DNA of 64,000 nt from Octopus sinensis (GCF_006345805.1 NC_043017.1:31310001-31374000), one strand, 5' to 3'. Counted from the first letter of the stretch, positions 25,626 through 40,792 are shown. Notes: generated from the letters alone by a model not told the origin. Numbers and translations: made by a program.

Positions 25626-26967
25626 AGGAAGCGAATAGCTTCTAATATTATTGACTAAATCTAAATCTCGAAATCCTAATATAGCATTTTGTATGACTCC
25701 CTTCCTGTTGATCTCACAAGAAAATTTATGAGACCTAACTGTTAACTTGTAACTTTCCGTATCAAGGCAGATAACAGGCAAAGCATCCTTTGTTTAATTT
25801 CACATAATTTAGTTAGGAAATATATAATGGCCTGCCACTAGAAAAGCACATCACAACTTTCCCTCCTTCGCTTATGACTTGTCACTGCTGCAGTATTATA
25901 CAACAAGTCACCTTCTTTACTAGTCAACACAGAGAGCTTTCTCTCCTTATTCCATCCTTTCTCCTAGCAGTTCGCCGCCTTTTTGAAGGGATCAATGTTA
26001 CAAATAGTTTACTTTCACATTAATCTACTCTTGTTTACATAAAATACTTTGAATAATAAAAATGCATATCGAAGGACACTAAAATTTATTAATTAAAATC
26101 CAAAGTAAAGAGAATATAAATTTTGTATACCAAGCTCATTTTGCACCACATCTTCTTTTGCACCAGTTGTCTAATTTTGTTATAAATAACGCATTTTTAA
26201 TTGTGTAACAATAAATATGTCCTATCTAATCACACGACGCAAACTGCCATATTGCTTTGTGGCGTGAGTGCCAGTGGCGACATCAACGGTACACAACGAA
26301 TATTAGATTTTTTCTGTAATGCAGGAGTCATCGACGATTCACATGTAAAAAGCATTAAAATATCCATTATACTTCCATTTATGATTGTTTTTTACATTTA
26401 TCCATGCTTTTTATTACAGATCATACCTCAGAGTTTTATGATATAAGCCATAATAGCTTCCTGATCACATAGAATATTTTGTGGAGGGTAGTGCTCCAAT
26501 GATTTTACAAATTTTCTTGAAAAACCTCGAGCTTATAATGTTAACTTCCCAAATGTTTATGGAGAGTTTTATTTTTCATACTTTTATCGAAATTGTACGA
26601 TATATTGCACTAATAATTTCATAACAATAAAGTATACATAATGACATTGCTTTATTTATCAAAGACATATTGTCTTGCCAGGTCTTAAGTCAGCTTATAT
26701 TGATTCAAATTGAAAACGATCAGACAAATACAAAGAAACGTGTCCTGCACATTACATAAACTTCGAATAATGTTGTTCGAACTACAGTAAAATGAAACTA
26801 TATAAAACATTGGCATTAAAAGTCAGCGGTGACTCTCATAACGCATTAAGAGTTTATCGTAGTGTATCATTGGTGATTTCCACGTTAAGCAAGCGGTCAA
26901 TATTAGTTGACATTACAACAACGTCGTACGCCTGCGATGATAAGTTTATATATATTATATATATATA

Positions 26968-27055
<88 letters not shown>

Positions 27056-27221
27056 AGCGAAGGAGTGGCTGTGTGGTAAGTAGCTTGTTTACCAACCACA
27101 TGGTTCCGGGTTCAGTCCCACTGCGAGGCACCTTGGGCAAGTGTCGTCTTCTACTATAGCCTCGGGCCGACCAAAGCCTTGTGAGTGGATTTGGTAGACG
27201 GAAACTGAAAGAAGCCCGCCG

Positions 27222-27257
<36 letters not shown>

Positions 27258-27265
27258 ATATAAAT

Positions 27266-27307
<42 letters not shown>

Positions 27308-27545
27308 ATATATTTAATAATATTATATATATAATATAATATATATATATAAATATATATATATGTATATGTTATATATATGCGTGTATATGTTTTTGTG
27401 TCTGTGTTACTTAGCGGTTCGGCAAAAGAGACGATAGAATAAGTACTAGACTTACAAAGAATAAGTCCCGGGGTCGAGTTGTCGATTAGGCGGTGCTCCA
27501 GCATGGCGTAGTCAAATGACTGAAACAAGTAAAAAGAGTAAGAGT
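27056..27545 (+). mobile_element. SINE family A with expanded TA tract and internal deletion
   Basis: Head at 27056, tail AAACAAGTAAAAAGAGTAAGAG. Confidence 0.88.
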
Positions 27546-27609
27546 GAAATATATATATATATAATATAATATATATATATATTATACACATATGTATTCT
27601 TTTGTTCTT

Positions 27610-27997
27610 TTATTATTTTACTTGTTTCAGTCAGTTGACTGCGGCCATGCCTGAGCATCACCTAATCGACCTCAGAACTTCTTCGTAACCCTAGTACTTA
27701 TTCTGTCAGTACTTTTTACCGAACTGCTAAGTTATAGCGACGTAATCACACCAACATTGTTTGTCAAGCGATGGTAGGGGGACGAACACAGACACACAGA
27801 AATGTATACATAGACATATATATATATATATATGTAAGATGCGCTTCTTTCGGTTTCCGTGTACCAAATCCACTCGAAAGGCTATGGTCGGTCTGAGGCT
27901 TTAGTAGAAGACACTTGCCCAAAGTGTCACGCAGTGGGACTGAACCCGGCCGTGTTGTTTGGTAAACAAGCTACTTACACCGCCCTCACCTGTGCCT
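27610..27997 (-). mobile_element. Diverged SINE family A, tail-to-tail with the preceding copy
   Basis: Recognisable tail, body and head with many substitutions. Confidence 0.8.
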
Positions 27998-28047
27998 ATT
28001 TGTGTGTGTATATTATATATATCTTAATAAATATATATATATATATA

Positions 28048-28093
<46 letters not shown>

Positions 28094-28199
28094 TACGCAT
28101 ACCAATGCATATGACGTATAAATTATTGACACCCATACATGTTGCGCGTATATTAATAATATATATATTATATATAATATATATATATATATATATTAA

Positions 28200-28345
28200 T
28201 TTTTATGTATTGGCTTATGTTTTTTCACTGTTTGATTTGCTAAATGTGGGTTTTATCTCTAATTTAATATAATATAATATATTTATATACTATAAAATTG
28301 GATTTAATCCTAAATCTATTTTTCCCTGTAAGTTTGGATTATTCC
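28200..28345 (+). mobile_element. Penelope-like element tail fragment in a TA tract
   Basis: TTTTATGTATTGGCTTATG...GGATTTAATCCTAAATCT...CCCTGTAAGTTTGGATTATTCCCT, shared with 9500-9650. Confidence 0.65.
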
Positions 28346-29100
28346 CTATTATTATATTATATATATATTATATAATATATATATATATATAATAATATAC
28401 ATATATATGTCGATATAAATATTTTTTTTCCGGGTGCGAAGAATCCCAGATTCTTGATTCAACGCCCATTCTTAGACAACGGGTGCATCAGATTTAATGT
28501 TAGCTGCCAAATTAACGAAGAACGTCGCCGTTAGTCTCGAAAATTAAAACGGTTTGAGCTCAGTTAATGAACTTCTCTGCAATTGCTTGCTGAAAAATTA
28601 CAAATAATTATGCTAAATTAATTCGTCTCTTACGATAACAGCCTTGAGAGTTAACTATGACGTCCCATTAAGTTGGTACTATCGAACCTCACTTCTAACA
28701 ATTTAATTTCTTCTGACCCCTTTTGTCAAGTTATTTCCCATTTTTCTTTGTCTATTCCTCTGGAAATCCTTAACCTCCGAATTCCCTACTTCTCTCCATG
28801 CAGCTAACGTCTTTCTAGTGATATAAAACCTTTTATTTCCTCCCCAATTCCCAATAATTGTGTAACTATTACTGTCAAGTAACTCCATCATTAATTAACT
28901 CAATTAACACGCGCAAAAACGGCTTCCGTGTTACTCAAATGATACAGATTTACAAATTTTCAAATTTTTAAGCTCGTCTAACAATCACAATTTAAACACA
29001 CGAATACAATTTCAAGCACATAAGAGGTAGCCATCATAGGATTCCTTGCACGCTAGAAGGAATAGCCAAAATCCAAACCACTATTAGGGATAAATTTCGA

Positions 29101-29398
29101 AGGGAATGAAAAATAAAAACATTTGCCATCCCTCTCCTGGACCATGGTTTCTGACTTTATATTAGCAAATAAAATAATTTGCTAGGTACGCCTAGATTTA
29201 ACATATAAATACGAGGCAACCCAAATTTTGAAAAATTATATATAAGCACGAGGCACCTGCTGGATTACCTCGTATTTATATGTTTAATCTAGGCGTACCT
29301 GTTGATGAAGACTTCGCCTAGCAAATTATTTTATTTGCTAATATAAAGTCAGAAATCATGATCTAGGAGATAGTGAATGTTTTTATTTTTCATTCCCT
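29101..29398. mobile_element. Foldback element with ~115 bp inverted arms
   Basis: Arms 29101-29216 and 29268-29398; the right arm has an extra TGTTGATGAAGACTTCG. Confidence 0.75.
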
Positions 29399-29565
29399 AT
29401 ATGCATATATACATACATATATTACATACCTACATATATATGTATATATACATGCATATATTGGTACAGGACATCAAAAAACGTGGACAGAATAAATAAC
29501 GAGAACATAAAAACAAAAGCATAGAAAACAAACATTTTTCGAACAGCAAAAAATTAAGATATATA

Positions 29566-29740
29566 CAGGTGTTGAAAAGTTCCTGGTTATATGTAGAAGA
29601 AAATAGAGCAGGGTCCGTTAATTATGATTTTGTTCAACATATTCCCCTTACAAATTCACACTCTAATTGCAACGGTCTGTCAGTTTTTCTAAGCATTGTA
29701 AAATACCTTTAAAACTAGGAAATCTTTTAGCACCCCTTCG
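29566..29740 (-). mobile_element. Mariner-derived MITE, TA TSD
   Basis: Ends CAGGTGTTGAAAAGTTCCTGG and (minus) CGAAGGGGTGCTAAAAGATTTCCTAG, each flanked by TA; retains GEYVEQN. Confidence 0.65.
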
Positions 29741-29966
29741 TATATACACATACAGATATATACTTTATTTAAAAGCAGCAGAAATTCAACAAAACCTGTT
29801 ACTCGGAGTTTCACGTTCCCGTTCGTCGGACAGTTTTGTTTACTCCGGTATACAAATATATATACATACACAAAAACCACACACACACATACATATAATC
29901 ACGTGAAACTTAGTCACATACAATTTCGTATTTTTTATAAGCAAACCCTATTTATATACTCACATA

Positions 29967-30535
29967 CAGGATGTTCGGGCTAAATTTGATAACATTTATT
30001 GTTACCCTTTTCAGGAATACCTTGATGAATTTATGAACTGTCACCGGTGCTGGATAGCATACAGATTAAAGTTGCAAATTGAAACAACGTTTGCTGATAT
30101 GGAAGACAGTAAGTCGCCTAAATATTGAAAATGTGTTAGCTGTATCATGATGATCCGCGCCGGCGACTACAAATACGCTGAGGTCATAAGAACTGCTTAA
30201 TGCTCTGTGAACACTATAAAGTCTGTAAGACGTGGCATGAAATGCTGCAACGGAGACTACGAAGCCGTGACCAACAGGAAGAGACACAGCAAGAGTTCTG
30301 ACTGCGTCCGCACGTAGGGATTCATTCAATAACTGCGGCAAAAGATGATGAAAGATCCGAGCAAAGGAATCTCGGCAGTTGGTGCAGTGAATTACACTAA
30401 ATAATATGAACTAAATAAACGGCAAAGAAGTATCTGAACTATACCACAAAAAGAAAATATGAAGCATTTACTATTAACCCAATGGGGCATTTAAATATCT
30501 GGTGACTTTTCACAAAGTGTGTGTTTGTGTGTGTG

Positions 30536-30572
<37 letters not shown>

Positions 30573-31557
30573 GCGTGTGTGTATTTGGGAGTCTCTCCAA
30601 TGAGGCTGACGTTATCCCGCCTGACATCTTTGGACAGGCTCTTAAGATCAACCAAGACGGTTATATGAAGCTGCTGGACACTGGTCAAATCCCGGCTGGA
30701 GAGGAGTACTGCTGGAAGGCCATATGAGTTGTAGTAGGATTCGGGTCTTCGTCATAAGTCCGAAAATTGTCTGAAGTGGTTGTGGGAGAATTTCTATAAC
30801 TTCAGCAGCCCCAATTTCTGGCCTCTCATTTCCCCCTGACAGTAACCTCATGGATTAATATATGTGAGGCGAGGTTGAAAATAGATTAAGCATTCTGCCT
30901 ACAAGACAAGGTCGAGCAGACGGCCAACATCAAGGAAGTGTTCGAAGATCTTCCCAGGAACACGGTGAAGAATGCATGCACCAGGTTCTGGAACCGTCTT
31001 GAGGCTACGGTGGAAGCTGACAGCGACTACTCCGAGTAAACTGTTATCTTCTGTCCATAATCTACTCTTACTCTTTACTCTTTTACTTGTTTCAGTCATT
31101 TGACTGTGGCCATGTTGGAGCACCGCCTTTAATCGAGCAAATCGACCCAAGGACATATTCTTTGTAAGCCCAGTACTTATTCTATCGGTCTCTTTTGCCG
31201 AACCACTAAGTAACGAGGACATAAACACACCAGGATCGGTTGTCACGCAATGCTAGGGGGACAAACACAGACACACAAACACACACATGCATATATATAT
31301 ATATATACGACGGGCTTCTTTTAGTTTCCGTCTACCAAATCCACTCACAAGGCTTTGGTCGGCCCGAGGCTATAGTAGAAGACACTTGCCCAAGGTGCCA
31401 CGCAGTGCGACTGAACCCGGAACCATGTGGTTGGTAAACAAGCTACTTACCACACAACCACTCACTTATTGATTTTTTTAAGTACCTTTACTTTTGGATA
31501 AAATATTGTTCATTCTTTTCCTTTTATGGAAACTATCGAATTTAGCCCGAACACCCG
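29967..31557 (+). mobile_element. Decayed Tc1/mariner transposon, maT (DD37D)-like, both TIRs present
   Basis: TA-CAGGATGTTCGGGCTAAATT ... AATTTAGCCCGAACACCCG-TA; transposase remnants VIPPDIFGQALKINQDGYMKLL, KWLWENFYNFSSPNFWPLISP, KEVFEDLPRNTVKNACTRFWNRLEATVEADSDYSE*; internally deleted and interrupted. Confidence 0.85.
31065..31465 (-). mobile_element. SINE family A inserted in the maT-like transposon
   Basis: Full A copy between the transposase stop and the right TIR. Confidence 0.92.
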
Positions 31558-31719
31558 TATAACCGCACAATATTTCATAAACCCAGTATTTAAATGCCAA
31601 TAAATATTTTCATAATATTTACAAACACACAATTTAAATACCCGAATTTATTAATATTTTATATAAACATAAATTGTTTAAATATTGTACCTACAAATAG
31701 TATTTATACACACATAAAG

Positions 31720-32150
31720 ACCGCGACCTGACAGAATCGTTAGCATGCTGGGTAAAGTGCTTAGCGGCTTTTCGTCCATCGCTATGTGCTGAGTTCGAAT
31801 TCCATCGGGGTTGACTTTGCGTTTCATCATTTCTGGGTCGATAAAATAAGTAACAGTTGACATAGCCCCTTCCCCAAAACTGCTGGTCTTGATCCAAAAT
31901 ATGAAAACAATATTTACTATTAGTGATAATGTTTCCATCAGGAAGAATCTTAAGCAAACTGAGGAAAAATGCTTAGCGGACTTTCGTTTGTCTTTACGTT
32001 TTGAGTTTAAATGCCATTAAGGTCGACGTTGCTTTTCATACTTTCGGGGTCGATAAAATAAGCACCACATAAACTGTGTGATCCATGTAATCGCTTTAAC
32101 CCCCTTTTCTCCCCTGAAATTGCCAGCCTCGTGCCAAAATGCGAAACCAT
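31720..32150 (+). mobile_element. Two older C-type SINEs with an alternative tail
   Basis: C head and central domain followed by CCCC..AAA(A/T)TGC(T/C)(G/A)G(T/C)CT..T..CAAAAT..GAAA rather than the usual C tail. Confidence 0.7.
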
Positions 32151-32290
32151 CATTTATACTGAATACATTAGATCAGGTGCAAATGCTCTGTAAAATTAAT
32201 AACCACGAAATATTGACGAAATTGGAATAACAGTTTAAAAACGTAGTAATTTTACAAATATTCTTTGCATTCACAATATTTCTGTATGCC

Positions 32291-32827
32291 TATTTCTATC
32301 GCTTTACTACCAACAAGGGGATAAACACAGAGAGGACAAACAAGGACAGACAAACGGATTAAGTCGATTACATCAACCCCAGTGCGTAACTGGTATTTAT
32401 TTAATCGACCCCGAAAGGATGAAAAGCAAAGTCGATCTCAGCCGAATTTGAACTCAGATTGTAACGGCACACGAAATACCTATTTCTTTATTACCCACAA
32501 GGGGCTAAACATAGAGGGGACAAACAAGGAAAGGACAAACGGATTAAGTCGATTATATCGACCCCAGTGCGTAACTGGTACTTATTTAATCGACCTATTT
32601 CTTTACTACCCACAAGGGGCTAAACACAGAGGGGACAAACAAGGAAAGGACAAACGGATTAAGTCGATTATATCGATCCCAGTGCGTAACTGATACTTAA
32701 TTTATCGACTCCGAAAGGATGAAAGGCAAAGTCGACCTCGGTAGAATTTGAACTCAGAACGTAACGGCAGACGAAATACCACTAAGCATTTCGCCCGGCG
32801 TGCTAACGTTTCTGCCAGCTCGCCGCC
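32291..32827 (-). mobile_element. SINE family C tandem trimer
   Basis: Junctions at 32480/32481 and 32595/32596. Confidence 0.9.
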
Positions 32828-33847
32828 TTCTTGTTCATATCTTCTGAATAACGAATCGACTTCTAATGAACATGATATACAATCTGATGATCGGCAACGG
32901 CAAAATTCGAAAAACCAGTTTTGAGATGCCATTGGTTGTAATCAGGTTTGTGTGTATATATGTCTGTGTACATGTATGTGTGTACGTGTGTGTATATGTA
33001 TGTATGCGTGTGTTTGTGTGTTCGTGTGGATATGTGTGTTCGTGTGGATATGTGTGTTTGTATGCTTGTGTCTGTGTGCGTTTGTGCATGTGTTTCTGTG
33101 TTTGTGTGTGTTTGTGTAATGGCGTGATTGTGTGCATGTGTGTGCGTGTTTTTGTGTGTATATGTTGGTGTAATTGAGTGTGTGTGTTTCCGTGTATGTG
33201 CGTGTGTTTGTGGGCTTGTGTGTGTGTCTGTTTACGTATGTGTGTGCGTGTCTGTATGTTTGTGTGTATATCGGTTTTTATGCGTGTGTGTTTGTGTGTT
33301 TGTATCTGTATGTGTGTGCGTATTTGTGTGTTTGGTTGGTGTCTGTGTGTGTGTGTACGCGCGCGCTACAGTTTATTCTGTAGTTTGTTGGTTTTATTCT
33401 GCCAAACGAGCAGATTTCATTTCGGCCTTGTTGCTTTCCGTCTTTACAATCAGTTATAAGTTTCTTTATTGGTCACACAGGGTTGCACACAGATGGGACA
33501 AGTTACAAGGTAGAGCTTTTCTTTTGGGGGATGAAAAAAAAAAACAAAAAACGAAAGAAACAAAAAAAAGGTGGCGTAGGTTTTCGATCAAAAGGGAAAA
33601 AAAAGAACAAAAACTAAAAAAAAGAAAAAGAAAGAAAAAAAGGAAAAGGAACAAAAGAAAAGAGAAATGAAAAAAAGAAGAAAAAAGGGGAAAAAAGGGG
33701 AAGAGGAAAAAAAACGATCATACAATCAGTTATATTCAAATACAAAACTAGATAGAATCAACTCTCTATACCAATTTAAGTGTCAAAGACAAGAGGCTTC
33801 TCTATGCTAGATATTCTCAAAATGGAATCAACGCACTTTAAAATGTT

Positions 33848-34010
33848 TTGCATGGTTGTGTAGCAAGAACCTTGCTTCCCAACCACATGGTTCTCAGTTC
33901 AATTCCACTGCGTGGCACCTTCGGCAAGTGTCTTCTCATATAGATTTTGGGTCTTCCAAATCCTATGTGAGTAGATTTAGTAGACAAAAACTGAAAGAAG
34001 CCCGTCGTAT
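33848..34010 (+). mobile_element. Diverged SINE A head
   Basis: Ends AACTGAAAGAAGCCCGTCGTATA. Confidence 0.75.
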
Positions 34011-34029
34011 ATATATATATATATATATA

Positions 34030-34280
34030 TAATAAATATTAGGGAATAAATCCAAATTTACAGGGAAAAATCAGATTTAGGATTAAATCCAATTTTATAG
34101 TAAAATATTATAAAATATTATTAGAGACAAAACCACTATTTTGCAAAACAAACAAGGAAAGACTTAATCAATACATAAAATTTTAATAAATAGTCAATTT
34201 ATTAAAATTTTATGTATTGATTAAGTCTTTCCTTGTTTGTTTTGCAAAATAGTGGTTTTGTCTCTAATAATATTTTATAT
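34030..34280. mobile_element. Palindromic Penelope-like element of the 9256 family lacking the ribozyme centre
   Basis: Arms about 34110-34190 and 34201-34278 match the outer arms of the 9256-9579 palindrome. Confidence 0.75.
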
Positions 34281-34298
34281 ATATATATATATATATAT

Positions 34299-34705
34299 TC
34301 TCTTTACTCTCTCTTTTACTTGTTTCACTCATTTAACTGCGGCCATGCTGGAGCACCGCCTTTTATCGACCAACTCGACCCCGGGACTTATTCTTTTGTA
34401 AGCCCAGTACTTATTCTATCGGTCCCTTTTGCCGAACCGCTAGGTAACGGGGATGTAAACACACCAGCATCGGTTGTCATGCAATGCTAGGGGGACAAAC
34501 ACAGACACACAAACACACACGCGCATATATATACATATATACGACGGGCTTCTTTCAGTTTCCGTCTACCAAATCCACTCACAAGGCTTTGGTCGGCCCG
34601 AGGCTATAGTAGAAGACACTTGCCCAAGGTGACACGCAGTGGGACTGAACCCGGGACCATGTGGTTGGTAAACATGCTACTTACCACACAGCCACTCCTG
34701 CGCCT
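34299..34705 (-). mobile_element. SINE family A
   Basis: Full head and tail. Confidence 0.92.
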
Positions 34706-35446
34706 ATATATATACATATGTGTGTGTGTATCTGTGTGTGTGTGTGTCTGTGTGTGTATGTGCGTGTGTGTGCATATGCGTGCGGGTATGTGTCCTATCA
34801 CCGCTTGATAACCGGTGTTGGTATGTTTACGTTCCCGTAACCTAGGCAATAAAGACTGATTAAATAAGTACCAAGCTTTAATGAAAGTCCTGGGTTCGTT
34901 TCGTTCGACTAAAATATCTTCAAGGTGTTGCCCCAGAATGGTAGCAGTCTAATGACTGAAACAAGTAAAAGATAAAAGCTAACAGCAAATGTAAATGTTC
35001 CTATTACCGAGATGCAAACAAACGTGGTTTCCAAAGCAGTTGTTTTCAAACGTAATTAGCTGAGAGCATTGGGGATTTGGAAATCTTTAATTTTTATGTC
35101 GATAAAGCGACAGAACACGCAAACTTCAGCTCAATAATGGACATGACATGTGACAAAATAATCCATTAAATAATATCCCAGATTAGAAGGTGTATTCTGC
35201 TCAGAGTTCATGAAATCATAGCTTCTACACTTTTTGCACGTAAATGGTTTCATCCGCTCTCAGCAATTCTCCGGATAAAGCCCAATAAACAAAGTAAGTT
35301 GCATAGGAAAGTCAGAGAATGTTATCAAATAATCAACGACAGTGTAAGTGGAGTATACCACATACACCGTGGAAGATACTATAATGATTTAGAACTGAAG
35401 AAAAACAAATCTACGCAACATATTCTCATTATATGGCTACATCTAT

Positions 35447-36488
<1,042 letters not shown>

Positions 36489-36632
36489 TATTTAAGTCAA
36501 AGCTGTAAAGTTCTTCGACGCTACACGTGAGAGAGAAGTAAAAGCAGCATGGACACAAACAATCATATCGTACAGAGAGGAATTGTAAAATTTAAGCTGT
36601 ATCCAATATGGGTTTTCTTCAGAAGTAAAGTA

Positions 36633-36830
36633 CGAGGGGGAACCCAAAACTAAACGGAATTGTTCTGTCTGGGACAAGCCCGTTGCAGTTCAGTCTTCCG
36701 CTTATAGATACCACTTGATGCGACCTTCAGGCATCATTATGCCGACCGGCGTCGTCGAGTGTCGTCCTACTACCACGTGGTGCATCTTTGCTTTGCAGTG
36801 CTTCCCCACTGTTCGTCGAATTTTGCTATG
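36633..36830 (+). mobile_element. Probable 5' end of a mariner element
   Basis: TA-CGAGGGGGAACCCAAAACTAAACGGAAT is TIR-like; no right TIR found. Confidence 0.45.
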
Positions 36831-37095
36831 TATATATAAGATGAATAAGGAAATGGAGTTAAACGCAGGTGTTATTCAAATTTTTATACTTCCGACGCGC
36901 AGTAATCACATTTGGTTAAAATGGCTAATTGATGTGTTTTGTTTCTCTTTCTTTTCCTGATGAGGAAATTGCATTGTTTTACATCATTTTATATCTCTGG
37001 AGTAATTCCAATGTTTTCTTTGAAACAAATGTCGGGAGTATAAAGATTCAAATAACACCTGCGTTTAACTCCATTTCTTTATTTATCTGTTATAC
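36831..37095. mobile_element. MITE with ~60 bp inverted arms
   Basis: GAAATGGAGTTAAACGCAGGTGTTATT...CCGAC (to 36896) vs GTCGG...AATAACACCTGCGTTTAACTCCATTTC (from 37031). Confidence 0.8.
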
Positions 37096-37441
37096 AAAAA
37101 CATTTCAATAAACCCTGGAATTTCTACCTTTATAAGTAGATTGTAACATCCTTAGAACTTATATGAATTTTTGCTACCCTGGTAACTGTTTATTTAGTTT
37201 TTTCCATGTTGTTTGTACACATTCAAAAAATGTAAATACATTTATATATATATATATATATATAAATATATATATATAATATATATATATATAATATATA
37301 TATATATATATTATATATATATTATATATATATATATATATAGTGACGTATATTTGCCATTAGAATATAGCTAACCCCTAAGGGTGGGTGGATGCTACTG
37401 TAGTTTGTAGCCCAAGTTTTGTATAACTCGCTCTAAGATTT

Positions 37442-37525
<84 letters not shown>

Positions 37526-37556
37526 ATATATATATGTATATGTATATATATATATG

Positions 37557-37587
<31 letters not shown>

Positions 37588-37603
37588 GTATAATATATTA
37601 TAC

Positions 37604-37638
<35 letters not shown>

Positions 37639-38338
37639 CATATATACATACATACATACAAACATATATATATATATATGTATATACGCTTACATATATG
37701 TGTTTAAACGGTCATTCACGCACACCTAAAATGTAAGACTGTTCAGGAATAAGTGCGCATGCATACTATATACATATGGATACGCATTTTAATTTGAGAT
37801 TAAAGAATCGTGATTTTTAAAAATATTTAGAATAGCTATTATTCCTAGTAAAAAATATAAAATCCAGAAAATATTATTAATAATATAACAGGATATCTTG
37901 TATTCTACTGAGTTTTTTTTTCTATAAAAGTGTGAGAATGCGGGTGGCATTGATGCGTGTTTCGTGCAAACTCGATTATGGGATATCAATTACAAGTAAA
38001 TGCAAAAGAACGCAATACGTGACGTCGAGCATTGAACATGGAACACGCTGTCGTACTCTTTCCCCAGTTTCTCTTTCCATGCATGCACACGTGCATACAC
38101 GCACGCACGCGCACACACACAGATGCACATGAATATAAATGTAGATTTTATATCATATGTATATGTATACAAACACAAGAATACATAATCACACAAGTGT
38201 GTAGGTGTAGTTTTGTTTACAAATTCTTGTTTGCTATTTCCAAAATTGACTTTCGGAAATTAACATGTCAAAACAGAGATTAATACTCACACATGCATAT
38301 ATACATGCATACATACATACATATATATATATATATGT

Positions 38339-38551
38339 GGAGGCGCAATGGCCTAGTGGTTAGGGCAGCGGACTTGCGGTCGGAGGATCGCGGTTTCGAT
38401 TCCCAGACCGGGCGTTGTGTGTGTTTATTGAGCGAAAACACCTAAAAGCTCCACGAGGCTCCGGCAGGAGGTGATGATCCCTGCTGTACTCTTTCACCAC
38501 TCTAAAAGGCGGTGCTCCAGCATGGCCGCAGTCAAATGACTGAAACAAGTA
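38339..38551 (+). mobile_element. Chimeric SINE: head B joined to the tail of family A
   Basis: B sequence to CTTTCACCAC (38500), TCT, then AAAAGGCGGTGCTCCAGCATGGCCGCAGTCAAATGACTGAAACAAGTA. Confidence 0.9.
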
Positions 38552-38558
38552 CGGAAAA

Positions 38559-39215
<657 letters not shown>

Positions 39216-39441
39216 ACATATATATATACATACATGTACATACGTATATAAATATTTACACAAGTGCACAGATATGCACCCGTATAAATTAATTTTTTTT
39301 GTATATGCACACACACACACATATGTATATATTTATATGTATACATATACTTATATATAGTCAGTTGAGGTGTGTTCTGTTAAGAACTAATAAGAGTACA
39401 AATAGAGCACGTTCATCCTTAGAATTCTCAAATAGTATTCT

Positions 39442-39856
39442 TATTTCTTTGCTGCCCACAAGGGACTAAACACAGAGGGGACAAACAAGGACAGACAAAC
39501 GGATTAAGTCGATTATATCGAGCCCAGTGCGTAACTGATGCTTAATTTATCGACCCCGAAAGGATGAAAGGCAAAGTCGACCTTGACGGAATTTGAACTC
39601 AGAACGTAACGGCACACGAAATACGTATTTCTTTACTACCCACAAGGGGCTAAACATAGAGGGGACAAACAAGGACAGACAAAGGGATTAAGTCGATTAT
39701 ATCGACCCCACTGCGTAACTGGAACTTATTTAATCGACCCCGAAAGCATGAAAGGCAAAGTCGACCTCGGCGGAATTTAAACTCAGAATGTAGCGGCAGA
39801 CGAATTAAGGCTAAACGTTTCGCCCGGCGTGCTAACGATTCTGCCAGCACGCCGCC
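39442..39856 (-). mobile_element. SINE family C tandem dimer
   Basis: Junction at 39625/39626. Confidence 0.9.
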
Positions 39857-40340
39857 TTAGCCGGTAGTATTCTTATGGTATGCTACCAATTCTAGTCTTA
39901 GGTATTCCTCGTGTGTGAAAATAAGAAGTAAAAGTAAAGAGTAAAATGTATTCCGCGTAATGATACAGTTTGGCATGTGCAGAGCAACATGTCAAAACTG
40001 AATAAATAAATAGACAACGTGCACATTGCATCTCATGTCGAACGTGATAACACACTCATACCGAGCGAACTGAAACCGTCAGCATTTGTTAGTTTCAAAG
40101 AAGAAGCCATGGATGTTGCAGCATGGAAATCTAAGTTTGCTTACGGAGACAGCGACTGGGTATCGCCTGAGGAGATACATTAAAGATCTTCTGATACAGG
40201 TAAATCGTTACATAATTTAATTTAAACTTTAAATCCTGTATATACGAGGATCTGTATGAATCGAAAGATTTGTAGAGATTAAAAAGCTGTCTACAGTACT
40301 TACTTATCTTTTTGACTCTTTTACTTTCTATATTATATAG

Positions 40341-40373
<33 letters not shown>

Positions 40374-40434
40374 TATATAATAATAATTAATAATAATGAT
40401 AAGCAAAATAGTGGTTTTGTCTCTAATAATATTT

Positions 40435-40467
<33 letters not shown>

Positions 40468-40470
40468 AAT

Positions 40471-40792
40471 AGGTGCAGGAGTGGTTGTCTGGTAAGTAGC
40501 TTGCTTACCAACCACACGGTTCCGGGTTCAGTCTCACTGCGTGGCACCTTGGGAAAGTGTCTTCTACTATAGCCTCGGGCTGACCAAAGCCTTGTGAGTG
40601 GTTTTGGTAGACGGAAACTGAAAGAAGCCTGTCGTATATATGTATATATATGTGTGTGTGTGTGTTTGTCCCCCTAGCATTGCTTGACAACCAATGGTGG
40701 TGTGTTTATGTCCCGGGGTCGATTTGCTCGACTAAAGGCGGTGCTCCAGCATGGCCGCAGTCAAATGACTGAAACAAGTAAAAGAGAGAAAG

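Noticed and set aside
26420-26490. Good-looking acceptor TTTTTATTACAG
   Set aside because: All three frames stop within ~55 nt and there is no strong donor.
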